DNA from: a virus
Lineage: Duplodnaviria > Caudoviricetes
DNA length: 47,401 bases
Reading direction: 5' to 3' (one strand)
Virus record (IMG/VR): IMGVR_UViG_3300049189_000021
Coordinates: 1 to 47,401 of that record
Part shown: piece by piece, positions 17,378 to 27,142 of the stretch
How the letters are laid out: the number at the start of each line of letters is the position of its first letter
How positions within the stretch are numbered: position 1 is the stretch's first letter
Position numbers and translations under genes: made by a program
The notes under the pieces: model-generated
Databases searched by the model: none
Seen by the model: only the letters and a program-made list of their open reading frames with translations
Told to the model about the DNA's origin: nothing

Positions 17378-20300
17378 TTAGATCCCCTTCCGCTGATTCT
17401 CTTGTACTTCGATGACTTCCATCTTACGATACAACTCTTTCAAGCTACGGTCATCAGCGATAAGAGTACCGACATATAGAATAGGTCTATTGTCTTGTTC
17501 ACTTCCACCTCTAGAGCCCATACCATCCATCATATCCATCAAATCGTTAGCGATTGCGGCGCTGAACGGTTTCATGTAAGTGGAATCCTGTAGAGGTATA
17601 ACAGCTTCTCGTTTACCACCTTCACCGAGACGAGCTACCATTTCATGATCGATGATACTGCCTGTCTTAAATCCTGGTAGACTACCAGAACCGAAGTTCT
17701 GATTATGAATCTCTTCAAGCATACCGATGAATGGACCTAAGAATGAACCAGCAGCACCGGCAGCGGCACCAGCAGCATTCTGCCCTGCAGCCAAAGCACT
17801 ACCTGCAACAGCTACAGCCGTGGCACCTACAGGAACAAGCATGTCTTTAGCCGCTTCCTTGTATTTACCTAGACCGCTGAAAGCATTTGATATGGAAGCA
17901 GCCGTGCCGTTGAATGCACCGCTTACTGAACCACCTACAGCATCTGCCAAGCCTTTGATAGTGCTCCAGGCAGACTTTGCAAAATCTACAATTGAGCTAA
18001 TAACACTTGATGCCCACGACGCAGTGCCGCTTGCCGTACCTGTTAGGAAGTCATTGAATGCATTCCATACATTACTTGTTACAGCACCAATACCGTTCAT
18101 GAAAGCATTACCGAAAGCAGCAACGTTACCCGACACCCCAGTGACCCAGGAAGCAAAGCCAGTGGCTGTACCGTTCATGAAGTTAGCTAAAGCGTTACCA
18201 GCACCGCTGACAAATGCTCCGACATTGGCTCCGGCGTTAAGCGCCCAGCTTGCAATGTTTGAGGAAGTGTTAACAGCCCATTTTTGAACGTTAGTGGAAG
18301 CAAGCGTTGACCACTTAGCTATAGCACCTGCAGTACCGTTAGCCCAGCTTGTTAGCGTTTTGCCAGTGGCATTGGCCCAAGTGTTAACGTTAGTTGCAGT
18401 GTTGTTAGCCCAACCTCTTACATTCGTTGTTGCATTAGTACTCCATGTTGCTAGAGCATTTACAGTACCGGTTGCCCAGTTTCCTATAGTAGTTCCAGCG
18501 CTTGTTGCCCATGAAGACAATGTATTAATGGTTGCTAGTGACCAGTTACCTACAGTTGTTTTTGCATTGTTTTCCCACGTTGATAGAGTAGTTATAGTGT
18601 TGCTAACCCACCCAGTCACAGTGTTGTAAGTAGTCGTTGCCCAGTCTGTAAAAGAGTTTTTAACGTTTACTCCAAGGTCCATTACCGAGCTATACACAGG
18701 GGCATAGTTTGGTACAGGGATATCGAACAATCCTTGAAGCTTCTCTTTAACACCTGAGACAGCATTACCCACAACTACAGGAACGTTATTGAATGTCGCC
18801 TTGATAGTATCAAACATCTTAACAGAGTAGTTTGTAACTTCATCTATCGTCTGTTTAAGATTTTCTTTGAAAGGATCTTTACCATCAGGAGGCTTCTGAT
18901 ACTTAGCAGGCAAGAACTGTAGATATTTGTAGAACTCCTCAAGTTTCTTGATTATATCAGCCCAACCATCTTCGTCTAACTCAGGAGGCTTAGGTGGGCC
19001 GAACATCTCACCAAGACCACCAAGGTCAGGTACATCCATGGTTGGTAACCCAAGATCAAGATCACCAAGGCCATCCGCAGCGCTTGATAAATCGTCAAGC
19101 TGATCAGGTATCTGATAGAGTTCATCGAATGATGCAACGAACTTATCTTTTACTTTCTTACCAGCTTCAGCCGCTTCTTTACCAACGTCTTTTAGACCGT
19201 CACCGCTGAGATCAACCTGTTCATTGAACTCCTCCATTATGCCCGTTATATCTGCATTATGGATTGGCTTAAAGATGTTACTAAAGTCTACACCGGCTAG
19301 CTTAGATAGCCTTGCAGTAAGCTGATCCAACATGTCTGATGCAGTCTTACTGGATAGAGCCAGATAAAGCAAAGCACCTGCAATGAGAATGATAATCCCA
19401 GTGATAGGATTCTTCGTCATCGTCAGGAACAGTATTCTTAAAGCTCTAGACAGCATAGTTACCGCTTGGGCAACTACCGCACATATGACGCCGATTCTTG
19501 TAACCTTCCATAATAGCATTAGAGCCTTGGCAGCTACAGTTGCTATAAACAGTGTAGATATTGCAACCACCAAAAATCTCAATGGAGCGATACCTTCCAT
19601 AGCTGCTTTAGTCATCTGAGCAATACCTCGGGCCGCAGCCGCAATAGGAGGTAATACAATGTAAAGGCTTTGTACCAACATTCCACCCATAATCTTAGCT
19701 ACAGGAGCAAATGCTTTGAATAGGATGCTAGCAGATTTCGCTAATGATTGAAGACTGCCGATTATAGCCCGTACCTTAGGTTGCAGGTCAGGAGGTACGA
19801 TATTCTCGAAGATTGCTCCTACACCATCTGTAGTCATTATTTGACGCCAGTGATCTAGTCTGTCACGCACTTTACGTACATAACCTTCGACTAGTTTATA
19901 AGGTGCTTGGAATACCTCAGCAGCTACGAACTTCGAGTTATCCTTGATGTTGTCCCACATACCGCCCATTGTGTTAGCGATACGTTTTGCAGCACCATCA
20001 TAACGTGATTCCAAACCCTTAAGAATTGCTGTGATAGCAGTATCAGCATCAATTTTCATGTCACCGATGTTCTTAAGCTGATCCCCAGTCAAACCAAGTT
20101 CTTCCTTGAGAATCTGGTAGATTGGAATCTGAGCCTCTGCGAATTGCCTCATCTCTTGTCCAGCAAGTTTACCTTGCGTTTTAACTTGAGATAGCGCCAA
20201 GACTATACGGTCCATTTCCTCAGCGGTACCGCCTGAAACTACAGACGCATCATTGAGTGTTTCCATAACACTTCTTACTTGTGTCGGTTTGAACTGGGCT

Positions 20301-20731
20301 GCCATCAATCTACGCGATAGAGTTAATGCCTGTTGTGTATTGAAGGCTGTATCTGCGGCAAAGTCCTTCATGTTTAATAGGAAGCCTTTTGCTCTCTCAG
20401 GACTACCAAGGAAGTACTCCAGAGATATTTGAGCTCGCTCCATATCATTCATAAAGGACACTACATTACTTGCCGCGCTTTGTATCGCATGAGCTCCTTG
20501 GTAGAAGGCTTGCGATATTAGGATACCACCTACAATCCGCTCCATATCGTAGAACGTTTTGTTGAGCTGTGTGGCTGCTCTGTTCGTACCATTAATGGCA
20601 CTACCTGATCCAATGAAGGCACGCTCCATGTGTCGGGCCATGTACTTCACAGCCACCATTGCTCGTCTCATTTCTCTTGAGAACTGCGCGATGTTAAGGG
20701 AGAGTGCTGCGCGTATTGCGCCGAGATTCAT
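17378..20731 (-). CDS. Tape measure protein
   Basis: 1117 aa; tape_meas N-domain (ALSQV...GKL.GQE.RQ..EA.IP), TM segments, 11-residue Trp periodicity, C-terminal GEGG.REAVIPL. Confidence 0.95.
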   Translation of the reverse strand: MNLGAIRAALSLNIAQFSREMRRAMVAVKYMARHMERAFIGSGSAINGTNRAATQLNKTFYDMERIVGGILISQAFYQGAHAIQSAASNVVSFMNDMERAQISLEYFLGSPERAKGFLLNMKDFAADTAFNTQQALTLSRRLMAAQFKPTQVRSVMETLNDASVVSGGTAEEMDRIVLALSQVKTQGKLAGQEMRQFAEAQIPIYQILKEELGLTGDQLKNIGDMKIDADTAITAILKGLESRYDGAAKRIANTMGGMWDNIKDNSKFVAAEVFQAPYKLVEGYVRKVRDRLDHWRQIMTTDGVGAIFENIVPPDLQPKVRAIIGSLQSLAKSASILFKAFAPVAKIMGGMLVQSLYIVLPPIAAAARGIAQMTKAAMEGIAPLRFLVVAISTLFIATVAAKALMLLWKVTRIGVICAVVAQAVTMLSRALRILFLTMTKNPITGIIILIAGALLYLALSSKTASDMLDQLTARLSKLAGVDFSNIFKPIHNADITGIMEEFNEQVDLSGDGLKDVGKEAAEAGKKVKDKFVASFDELYQIPDQLDDLSSAADGLGDLDLGLPTMDVPDLGGLGEMFGPPKPPELDEDGWADIIKKLEEFYKYLQFLPAKYQKPPDGKDPFKENLKQTIDEVTNYSVKMFDTIKATFNNVPVVVGNAVSGVKEKLQGLFDIPVPNYAPVYSSVMDLGVNVKNSFTDWATTTYNTVTGWVSNTITTLSTWENNAKTTVGNWSLATINTLSSWATSAGTTIGNWATGTVNALATWSTNATTNVRGWANNTATNVNTWANATGKTLTSWANGTAGAIAKWSTLASTNVQKWAVNTSSNIASWALNAGANVGAFVSGAGNALANFMNGTATGFASWVTGVSGNVAAFGNAFMNGIGAVTSNVWNAFNDFLTGTASGTASWASSVISSIVDFAKSAWSTIKGLADAVGGSVSGAFNGTAASISNAFSGLGKYKEAAKDMLVPVGATAVAVAGSALAAGQNAAGAAAGAAGSFLGPFIGMLEEIHNQNFGSGSLPGFKTGSIIDHEMVARLGEGGKREAVIPLQDSTYMKPFSAAIANDLMDMMDGMGSRGGSEQDNRPILYVGTLIADDRSLKELYRKMEVIEVQENQRKGI

Positions 20732-20749
20732 TTAGTATCCCCCCTTTCA

Positions 20750-20983
20750 TTAAAAAGCCTGGTCTATATAACCAGTCTTCTTTGTTTCCTTGCCACCGCC
20801 GTCACCATTCGGGTTCATCTTAATATGCGCTCTGACCAAGGTATTCAATTTTCTTGGAGTCATTGTCCAGAACTCATACTCAGATCGTTTAAGTGTGACG
20901 GTGCCTATGTATAGCAGCACCGCCCAGTCCCACGCGTCGTCTTTTGGTGTAGCCTTTTCAACGGCGCGTCTTAAACGTTTTTT
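20750..20983 (-). CDS. Tail assembly chaperone C-terminal extension (gpGT) via -1 frameshift
   Basis: Slippery A AAA AAC at 20983-20977; the -1 frame reads ...DAWDWAVLLYIGTVTLKRSEYEFWTMTPRKL..., ending at 20750. Confidence 0.85.
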   Translation of the reverse strand, partial: KKRLRRAVEKATPKDDAWDWAVLLYIGTVTLKRSEYEFWTMTPRKLNTLVRAHIKMNPNGDGGGKETKKTGYIDQAF

Positions 20984-21429
20984 GCTTCTATTTCCTCTTT
21001 AGTAGGTTTAATAGTAGCCATACCCGTATTGGTCATCTCAAATCCGGCTTCAGCAAGCTTGTCCTTAACTTCGGCAGGCATGTTCTCTGGTGCAGGCATA
21101 TCAACACCCATTGCTTCAATGAGTTTTGAGCTGAGCGCAGGTAGCATGCCAGGAGTAATCCAGCTGCCTACAGCGTACGGGGAGATTAAGTACCGTACGG
21201 GCTCGCCTGTTCTTTCATCCAATTCAACTTCTTCATGAATCAATCCAGCCCATAGAACTGTACGCATACCAAGCATTCCGCCTGATTGTAGAGCTTCCAT
21301 AGCAGCATCAATTGTTTCATAACGTTTTTCAAGTTCGGCAAATGCATTAAGGTCATACTTGATCGTACGAGTCTTGCCACCAAGTTCTACAGTTACTGGG
21401 TCAGGTCTCAAGTCTTTAATATTTGACAT
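20971..21429 (-). CDS. Tail assembly chaperone (gpG)
   Basis: Between major tail and tape measure genes; LGGK.R.IKYDLNAFAELE pattern. Confidence 0.85.
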   Translation of the reverse strand: MSNIKDLRPDPVTVELGGKTRTIKYDLNAFAELEKRYETIDAAMEALQSGGMLGMRTVLWAGLIHEEVELDERTGEPVRYLISPYAVGSWITPGMLPALSSKLIEAMGVDMPAPENMPAEVKDKLAEAGFEMTNTGMATIKPTKEEIEAKNV

Positions 21430-21498
21430 TACGTTAGCCTCCAATTTTTAAAGTGCACCATGGGATATTGCCACCATAGTGCACCTTGCGGTTTATTT

Positions 21499-22395
21499 TT
21501 AAGCAGTTGTGAATTTGGTCATCGACGTTCCTGCGATAGGTACACCAGCTACAGACTTGACGCCTGCAGTAACGAATGCACGGTAGGCAGTCGCCGCTGT
21601 TAGAGCAGCAGTTGGATCGAATGTAACGATAGTGCGAGCAGCGTTGATAGACAACGAGCCGGCAACAGCAGCACCATCAGCATCTTTAACAAGACCGAAG
21701 TTGCTGAGTGTAGCAGTGGAAAGAGCGATTGCTTTGTTGAATGTCCATACAATGTTAGCACCTACAGCAACAGCGACAGCGCTATTAGCAGGTACTACAG
21801 ACACTGTAGGAGTAGCCAAATCAAGAGCACCACCGTAAGGGCTGTTGAACCATTCTGATCCCATGATAGGAGCATAGTCAACGTAGTCCTCATCGATATG
21901 ACGTTCCCACTCGTCATCGCAATCACGCTTAACGAATGAACCGGAAGTCGTAGGGGTTTGGAACTCTACGGAGTCACCTTTAGTTTGGTTGCTTTGTTCA
22001 GGAAGGCTGAACTTACCTTTATCCAACCAAGTGTATCTCCAAGTGCCGTCAGATTTCAGTGATCTGAAACCAATAGCAACCCATGGAGGAATGTCAGTGG
22101 ATTTACGAAGCATTACACCACCCACAATGGAGTGTCCGAACAATACTGCTTGAACCTCCATAGGAAGGTCAGCAACGTTCAATTCAAGTGAAATCTCACC
22201 GATCGAAGAAGCTGTTTCGTAAGGTCCGTTATCCGCAAACAATGTACCATTGGAGGAGTTAGGATTTACGTTAGCCGAGATAACACCTGGGATACGAACA
22301 GGTGTTTCGTACGTCGCCACACCACCGGGTGCAGGGTCAGTAACAAGAAGAGCATAATGCAGGTCGGCCAAGCCGATAGCAACACCTTTTGCCAT
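21499..22395 (-). CDS. Major tail protein (phi13-like) with C-terminal Ig-like domain
   Basis: IGL.DLHYA, LFADNG, PPWVAIGFRS.KSDG..RY.W; C-terminal Big-5-like domain. Confidence 0.9.
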   Translation of the reverse strand: MAKGVAIGLADLHYALLVTDPAPGGVATYETPVRIPGVISANVNPNSSNGTLFADNGPYETASSIGEISLELNVADLPMEVQAVLFGHSIVGGVMLRKSTDIPPWVAIGFRSLKSDGTWRYTWLDKGKFSLPEQSNQTKGDSVEFQTPTTSGSFVKRDCDDEWERHIDEDYVDYAPIMGSEWFNSPYGGALDLATPTVSVVPANSAVAVAVGANIVWTFNKAIALSTATLSNFGLVKDADGAAVAGSLSINAARTIVTFDPTAALTAATAYRAFVTAGVKSVAGVPIAGTSMTKFTTA

Positions 22396-22409
22396 TAGTA
22401 AATACCTCC

Positions 22410-22793
22410 TTAATCTTTGTAAGTTATGACATCAAGGTTAAAGCAATAGTACACTCGTTCCTTGTCATCAACTTTAAGTTTGAACGGTAGCTGCTTGAGT
22501 GAGATAGTAGTCCATCGATCTACAGTGAGATATAGAATACCATCTTCAGTCTCTAAAGCATTGAACAAAGCTCTAGCTTTAGTCTTAGCAGTTGTAGCGT
22601 TTAAATCCCTCGTCACAACCTGTATGGATCGTAACGCCCCAGCAATTTGAGGTACAGGTAATGAACTGCCGTACTCGTATAGTGCTGTAGAACTATCGGG
22701 CTTATCAGGCATTGTATCCCTAAAGAAGGTACCCGCGCTGACAAGACCTAAAGCAGTGTAGAATGTTTCAAAATCTTGCAATAAGTCCGACAC
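22410..22793 (-). CDS. Tail terminator/completion protein
   Basis: Position plus MPD.PD, SIQV..R, D...R..Y.FN pattern. Confidence 0.7.
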   Translation of the reverse strand: MSDLLQDFETFYTALGLVSAGTFFRDTMPDKPDSSTALYEYGSSLPVPQIAGALRSIQVVTRDLNATTAKTKARALFNALETEDGILYLTVDRWTTISLKQLPFKLKVDDKERVYYCFNLDVITYKD

Positions 22794-22804
22794 GTTAGTA
22801 CCTC

Positions 22805-23236
22805 CTATTTTCTGATACCAGTCTCTTTGCGTAAGATATTTGCGGCTCTAGCAAGATGTTCCTTTTGGTATTCCCTTACAGGATCCTCTAGGAACTTAGC
22901 TTTACCTACCTTATGCTTAGCTGATAAGTCTTCATGTACTACAACCATATACTTGCTGGCAGCTTGTGCTGTCTTAGGGTTTCTAGGATCACCGTTACCA
23001 CCATAGCCGACATAGCCGACAAAGTTCTTACGATTACCTTTAACCTCGTAGAAAGCGCTTTTTGCCAGTGTCTCAGTATCACGTGGAACTTGTTGTAAGC
23101 TCCTTCGTAATATTTCTTGACATGCAGCTATAGTGGCTTTTTTGGTACCACGTTCTACACGATCCATTGTTATCAGTAGTTGTTTTTCAAACGCACTGAA
23201 ATCAACAGTTATCGAAGACCGTCCGCCTTTTGCCAT
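22805..23236 (-). CDS. HK97 gp10-like tail completion protein
   Basis: VPRDT.TL..S, Y..VVHE, GKAKFLEDP. Confidence 0.8.
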   Translation of the reverse strand: MAKGGRSSITVDFSAFEKQLLITMDRVERGTKKATIAACQEILRRSLQQVPRDTETLAKSAFYEVKGNRKNFVGYVGYGGNGDPRNPKTAQAASKYMVVVHEDLSAKHKVGKAKFLEDPVREYQKEHLARAANILRKETGIRK

Positions 23237-23550
23237 TACAGATGCACCACCCAGATGCTTCTAGCACCATTTTCAAAAAATTCTCCAATTGCCTTTATAG
23301 GATAATCGTTATTGAAGTAAGTAATCGTATCATTTGATGATACAATTTCAGCGCCGTCAAAGTACAAAACAGTAGATGATAGCACTTCCGTGCCACTACT
23401 GTCAATAACCTTAGTTACCTTTCCTTCAGCAAGACACTTAGAGTCTGCTCCAGGTTCGTATACTTTATCACCAGCACTATCCATACTACTGTAACGATTA
23501 ATCTTAACCGGTATGTTCATCCACGTTTTAAGAGTTGCGTACATTGTCAT
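23236..23550 (-). CDS. Head closure/head-tail adaptor protein
   Basis: Position; D..G.EV.SS..LY pattern. Confidence 0.65.
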   Translation of the reverse strand: MTMYATLKTWMNIPVKINRYSSMDSAGDKVYEPGADSKCLAEGKVTKVIDSSGTEVLSSTVLYFDGAEIVSSNDTITYFNNDYPIKAIGEFFENGARSIWVVHL

Positions 23551-23893
23551 GCATCCCCTTAGTGAAGATGATTGGAGTGCTCTTTGGAAGTGATAACCCA
23601 GAAGCTTGAGATACCTGACGTCTGTAGAAGTCTGCTTTATCAGTGAAGAATTTAGCTCGTTCTGTAGGATCTTCGGATTGAGGTCCTAATGATCGTTTAA
23701 CAGCTCTTGCAAATGTCACTGCCGCATTCTCAAACAGATTGAACAGTCTGTCAGTCTTACCAGAGTAAGTATCCAAAATGTACTGAATCTCTTCATCCTG
23801 TAGAACAGGTTCATTAGCATCAGTATCTCTGATCAGGAATCTGTACTCATCCTTCTCAGAAGATTTTGGGTCACCCGTGTATGTCCAAGCCAT
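23528..23893 (-). CDS. Head-tail connector protein
   Basis: W.Y.GDP, RFLI.DT...P.L.DEEI.Y.L. Confidence 0.7.
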   Translation of the reverse strand: MAWTYTGDPKSSEKDEYRFLIRDTDANEPVLQDEEIQYILDTYSGKTDRLFNLFENAAVTFARAVKRSLGPQSEDPTERAKFFTDKADFYRRQVSQASGLSLPKSTPIIFTKGMHDNVRNS

Positions 23894-23903
23894 AGCCTAT
23901 CAC

Positions 23904-24248
23904 CTACTTCTTTGGTGTAGTAAGGGACACTGTCACCGGTTTAGTTTCATCCTTAGTCTCAACCTTAGTCTCAACTTTTGGTTCAACAACGTCAGCTACA
24001 GGCTCAACTACAGGCTCATTTACAGTACCTTTGACGGCAGCTGTAAGGGACTCAGCAACGTCAACTCCGACTCTAACAGAGAAGTAAGCGATGGTAGAAT
24101 CTAGGTTGTGCTCATCAACCTTAATGACTTTACCATCGTTAACTTTAGAACGGAATAAACGAATCGCTGCAGGATCTGTAATTACAGTCCCTGCAGCGTA
24201 GTGTACACCATTCGAAGTGAATGGCCGTTTGGTAACATTAACCAACAA
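23904..24248 (-). CDS. Hypothetical capsid-adjacent protein (start uncertain)
   Basis: Overlaps the end of the capsid gene in its +1 frame; no SD or nearby in-frame ATG; low-complexity VEPV/VETK tail. Confidence 0.65.
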   Translation of the reverse strand: MLVNVTKRPFTSNGVHYAAGTVITDPAAIRLFRSKVNDGKVIKVDEHNLDSTIAYFSVRVGVDVAESLTAAVKGTVNEPVVEPVADVVEPKVETKVETKDETKPVTVSLTTPKK

Positions 24249-25215
24249 TGTCTTTGAAGAAGACGCCGAGGTCTTGAGCAATGACCTTTGTATCAAAGGC
24301 AATTTCACCTTCAATACGTTCAGTACCTAGACCAAGCATATCCATCGGAAGACGCACGATACGGTTACCGAAAGCGCCAGCGCCTAGGAGACCCGTCCAT
24401 GTGAAGATGTAACCAGCAGATGGTTTCTTAAGAGCTGGTTTAGGGTTTACATAGCACAATAGCGCATGTTTACCCATGATGAAATCGATGTCATCAGCAG
24501 CACCTTGGCCAGCAGTGTTAACTACAGCCCATGCAACCAATACTTTATCAACTTCAAACAACGCAGCTAGCAAGTCAGCTGTTACGATACCTTTTTCCGT
24601 ATACTTGATACGGTCAAGGATTTCTTCATGGTTTTTCAAAGCGTAGAATACAGCAGGTGTCATAACGAAAGTGTTAGGACGGTAGCCTGTTTGGCTTGCC
24701 ATAGTAACGATTTGATCTGCCACGTTTTTGATTGGGTTCGAAAGAGCTTGATCCCATTGTAGTACTTGTCCACCAGCAGGAGCAGAAGCTACACCAGCAA
24801 CTTCAGTTGTCCAGATACCAGCTTTGAAATACTTGTCAGCCCATTGAACTTCACGACGGATAAGCATTTTTTGCGTAACGAAGTCTGTAGCATCGTTATC
24901 CGCATCAAGAGGCTCGTCATAGTTCTGACGGTCTTGTTCAGTTACATCTTTGTGGAATGCGTGTACACGGCAGTAGTAAGGATCTGCCGCTTCAACTCCG
25001 TATTCTCCGCCAACAGATTCAGAAGCAGCCGCACGAACGCGAGCCTCATCACGGAAGAAGTCACCTTTGTTATACACGAAGTACACATCGGATTGTTTCT
25101 TAACCGGGATCTGTGGAAATACTTGAGCAGCGATGAAAGAAGCTTCATCTTGGAAATAAGCTACTGACATGTTAGTCAGGGCTTTATCGATATGTGCTTG
25201 ACCTTTAGTAGGCAT
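24238..25215 (-). CDS. Major capsid protein
   Basis: 325 aa after scaffold/decoration genes; LTN.SVAY, FP.IPV.KQS, RPNT.VM pattern; AAAGGAG SD. Confidence 0.9.
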   Translation of the reverse strand: MPTKGQAHIDKALTNMSVAYFQDEASFIAAQVFPQIPVKKQSDVYFVYNKGDFFRDEARVRAAASESVGGEYGVEAADPYYCRVHAFHKDVTEQDRQNYDEPLDADNDATDFVTQKMLIRREVQWADKYFKAGIWTTEVAGVASAPAGGQVLQWDQALSNPIKNVADQIVTMASQTGYRPNTFVMTPAVFYALKNHEEILDRIKYTEKGIVTADLLAALFEVDKVLVAWAVVNTAGQGAADDIDFIMGKHALLCYVNPKPALKKPSAGYIFTWTGLLGAGAFGNRIVRLPMDMLGLGTERIEGEIAFDTKVIAQDLGVFFKDIVG

Positions 25216-25244
25216 TTAAGAATCTCTCCTTTCAGATGTTGTTA

Positions 25245-25607
25245 TTAGATTTTAACAGAGATAAGCTCGCCTGCAGCAGCTGCAGAAGTTAGAGCAACAC
25301 CGGCAACTTGAACGCCAGCACCAGTAACCCAAGGAATAGCTGTACCGTCTGCTTTAACCATTACAGGAGTTCCGCCTGCAAGAAGAGGAACAGCAGCGCC
25401 AGCTTCTACCATAACAATACCATCGTAGATTTCTGCAACTTCACCAGCAGCAGTTGTAGGTTGGGAAGATACACCGATAACATAATCAGTGCTTGCTCCA
25501 GCTTGAACAACTTTACCAGTTGTGTTAAGTTTTACAAAACGACGACGAGCGATTACGCCACCAGCTTCACCGCTAAAGCGAAGATTCGGGATTTCGTATG
25601 CGGACAT
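25245..25607 (-). CDS. Capsid decoration/cement protein (DUF2190-like)
   Basis: RFVKL...G.V..A...IGV, VEAG, GVAL..A.AAGE.ISV; upstream of MCP. Confidence 0.75.
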   Translation of the reverse strand: MSAYEIPNLRFSGEAGGVIARRRFVKLNTTGKVVQAGASTDYVIGVSSQPTTAAGEVAEIYDGIVMVEAGAAVPLLAGGTPVMVKADGTAIPWVTGAGVQVAGVALTSAAAAGELISVKI

Positions 25608-25608
25608 A

Positions 25609-26388
25609 TTAGTTAGCACCTCCTGCTAGGTATTCGCGATACAATTCGCGATTTTCATTCATTGCCTTAGAGATAGCTTTAGCTTCGGATACTCCGTCGC
25701 GTGTTTCAATCTCTTTTGCTTTTTTAACAAGTTTGTCCCAAGCAGCTTCCGCAGTACCGGAATTTACATTGGAACCGTCGTTACGCTTACCAACCTCTTC
25801 AAAGGATGGGGAATTTTCAATTACAGCGTTAGCTGCTTTGAAGATTTCCAGAATCTCAGGGCTAGCGCTCTTCAGTACCTCAACAAGAGCATCCTCTTCA
25901 ACAGGCAATGCTTTCAGCTCACGAGCCTTAGCTACAGCCTCATCTTGGATTTGCTTCTCAGCGGCTTGACGAGCAGCTTCCTCAGCAGCGTCTGCTTTCA
26001 ACTTCATGTTCTTAACGAACTTCTGCATAGCAGGGTCCATAGACTTAAGAACTGTTTCGAAATCAGGCTCTTCGGATTTCTCCTTAGACTTTTTCATCGA
26101 CTCAAGCTCATCGAAGGTAGAAGCGGCTTTAGCTGTAGTTTCTTCAAGCGACTTTTTAGTTGCTTCAAGATCAGCCTGCACATCTTCAGGTACTTCGGTT
26201 TTTGCCTTAGCTACAGTTTCACGAATGATAGCAGCGTGATCAGGCTCCATAACAGCTAGAATTTGTTCGAAATCCATCTTTACGTCAGTCTCCCTTCTTT
26301 TGTAAAGTTTAATGAAAGCAGCCGAGTTGGCTCCCTCATCAACCAGGTCCACTCGATCGACTTCTAACTCGAGTATAAGGTTGGGCAT
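25609..26388 (-). CDS. Scaffold protein with N-terminal prohead-protease-like strand
   Basis: Charged helical protein upstream of MCP; begins LELEVDRVDLVDEGAN..AFIKLYK. Confidence 0.7.
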   Translation of the reverse strand: MPNLILELEVDRVDLVDEGANSAAFIKLYKRRETDVKMDFEQILAVMEPDHAAIIRETVAKAKTEVPEDVQADLEATKKSLEETTAKAASTFDELESMKKSKEKSEEPDFETVLKSMDPAMQKFVKNMKLKADAAEEAARQAAEKQIQDEAVAKARELKALPVEEDALVEVLKSASPEILEIFKAANAVIENSPSFEEVGKRNDGSNVNSGTAEAAWDKLVKKAKEIETRDGVSEAKAISKAMNENRELYREYLAGGAN

Positions 26389-26407
26389 TATCAGCACCCC
26401 CTATTAT

Positions 26408-26439
26408 TATTATACGCTTAAAGTGCCAGAGACATAACA
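26408..26439 (-). promoter_or_regulatory. Putative late promoter for scaffold/capsid genes
   Basis: TGTTAT-N16-GCGTATAATA. Confidence 0.65.
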
Positions 26440-26476
26440 AACACTGTAAAAGTTTATGTCGCTGGCACAGTCTAAA

Positions 26477-27139
26477 TTAGTTATGAACAAGCGTTACAGC
26501 GACGCGCGGGATACGCATTGTAAGCGTACCAGGATTTCTAACTACAATACCAACCTTAGGCAAAAGTATATCAGAGATATCAAGCTGGTTGGCTTCAAAC
26601 TTTTTGACGAAGAAGTAGTCATCGCCACCTTCACTGATTGCAACAGTTCCATCGATTTGTACACGGATACGCATATTACGCTTCTTACTAAACTGGTTAT
26701 CGCCAACAAATTTCTGATTGGCGTTAACTGTAGTATCACCGTTTACAGCATGGGATGCAATAACCTTCAGTTGGCTGGAATCATCAATGATTACTAAACC
26801 TTTAGTAGCAGCCGCGTTCTTCATATAGAATCTGAACGTCGAGTTAATAGACCCGAAAACAAATCCCTCAAGGTCGAAAATGATCTCTTTCAGGAACTGC
26901 ATACCGATTCCTGTAGACGCAAACATGTTGAGGTATGTCGCATCATTAACAGCTGAACTTGTAGTAAGGCGTACACCACCAGAAGATTGATCAGGAGTTA
27001 CAATGGTACTGACTGGTGTACCTACACCTGTTACAGTAAGCCATGATGGTAAAGCAGTAATGCCAAGAAAGTTTTCTTCAACCTTTCTTGCTGTCTTACC
27101 CATGGGTATGATACTACCGTTTACGTCATGTATAATCAT
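26477..27139 (-). CDS. Hypothetical 220-aa beta-rich protein (paralog of 14814-15476)
   Basis: Same length and shared motifs with 14814-15476. Confidence 0.8.
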   Translation of the reverse strand: MIIHDVNGSIIPMGKTARKVEENFLGITALPSWLTVTGVGTPVSTIVTPDQSSGGVRLTTSSAVNDATYLNMFASTGIGMQFLKEIIFDLEGFVFGSINSTFRFYMKNAAATKGLVIIDDSSQLKVIASHAVNGDTTVNANQKFVGDNQFSKKRNMRIRVQIDGTVAISEGGDDYFFVKKFEANQLDISDILLPKVGIVVRNPGTLTMRIPRVAVTLVHN

Positions 27140-27142
27140 ATC

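Noticed and set aside
17950-18660. Periodic repeats inside the tape measure gene
   Set aside because: Ordinary 11-residue Trp periodicity of tape measure proteins.
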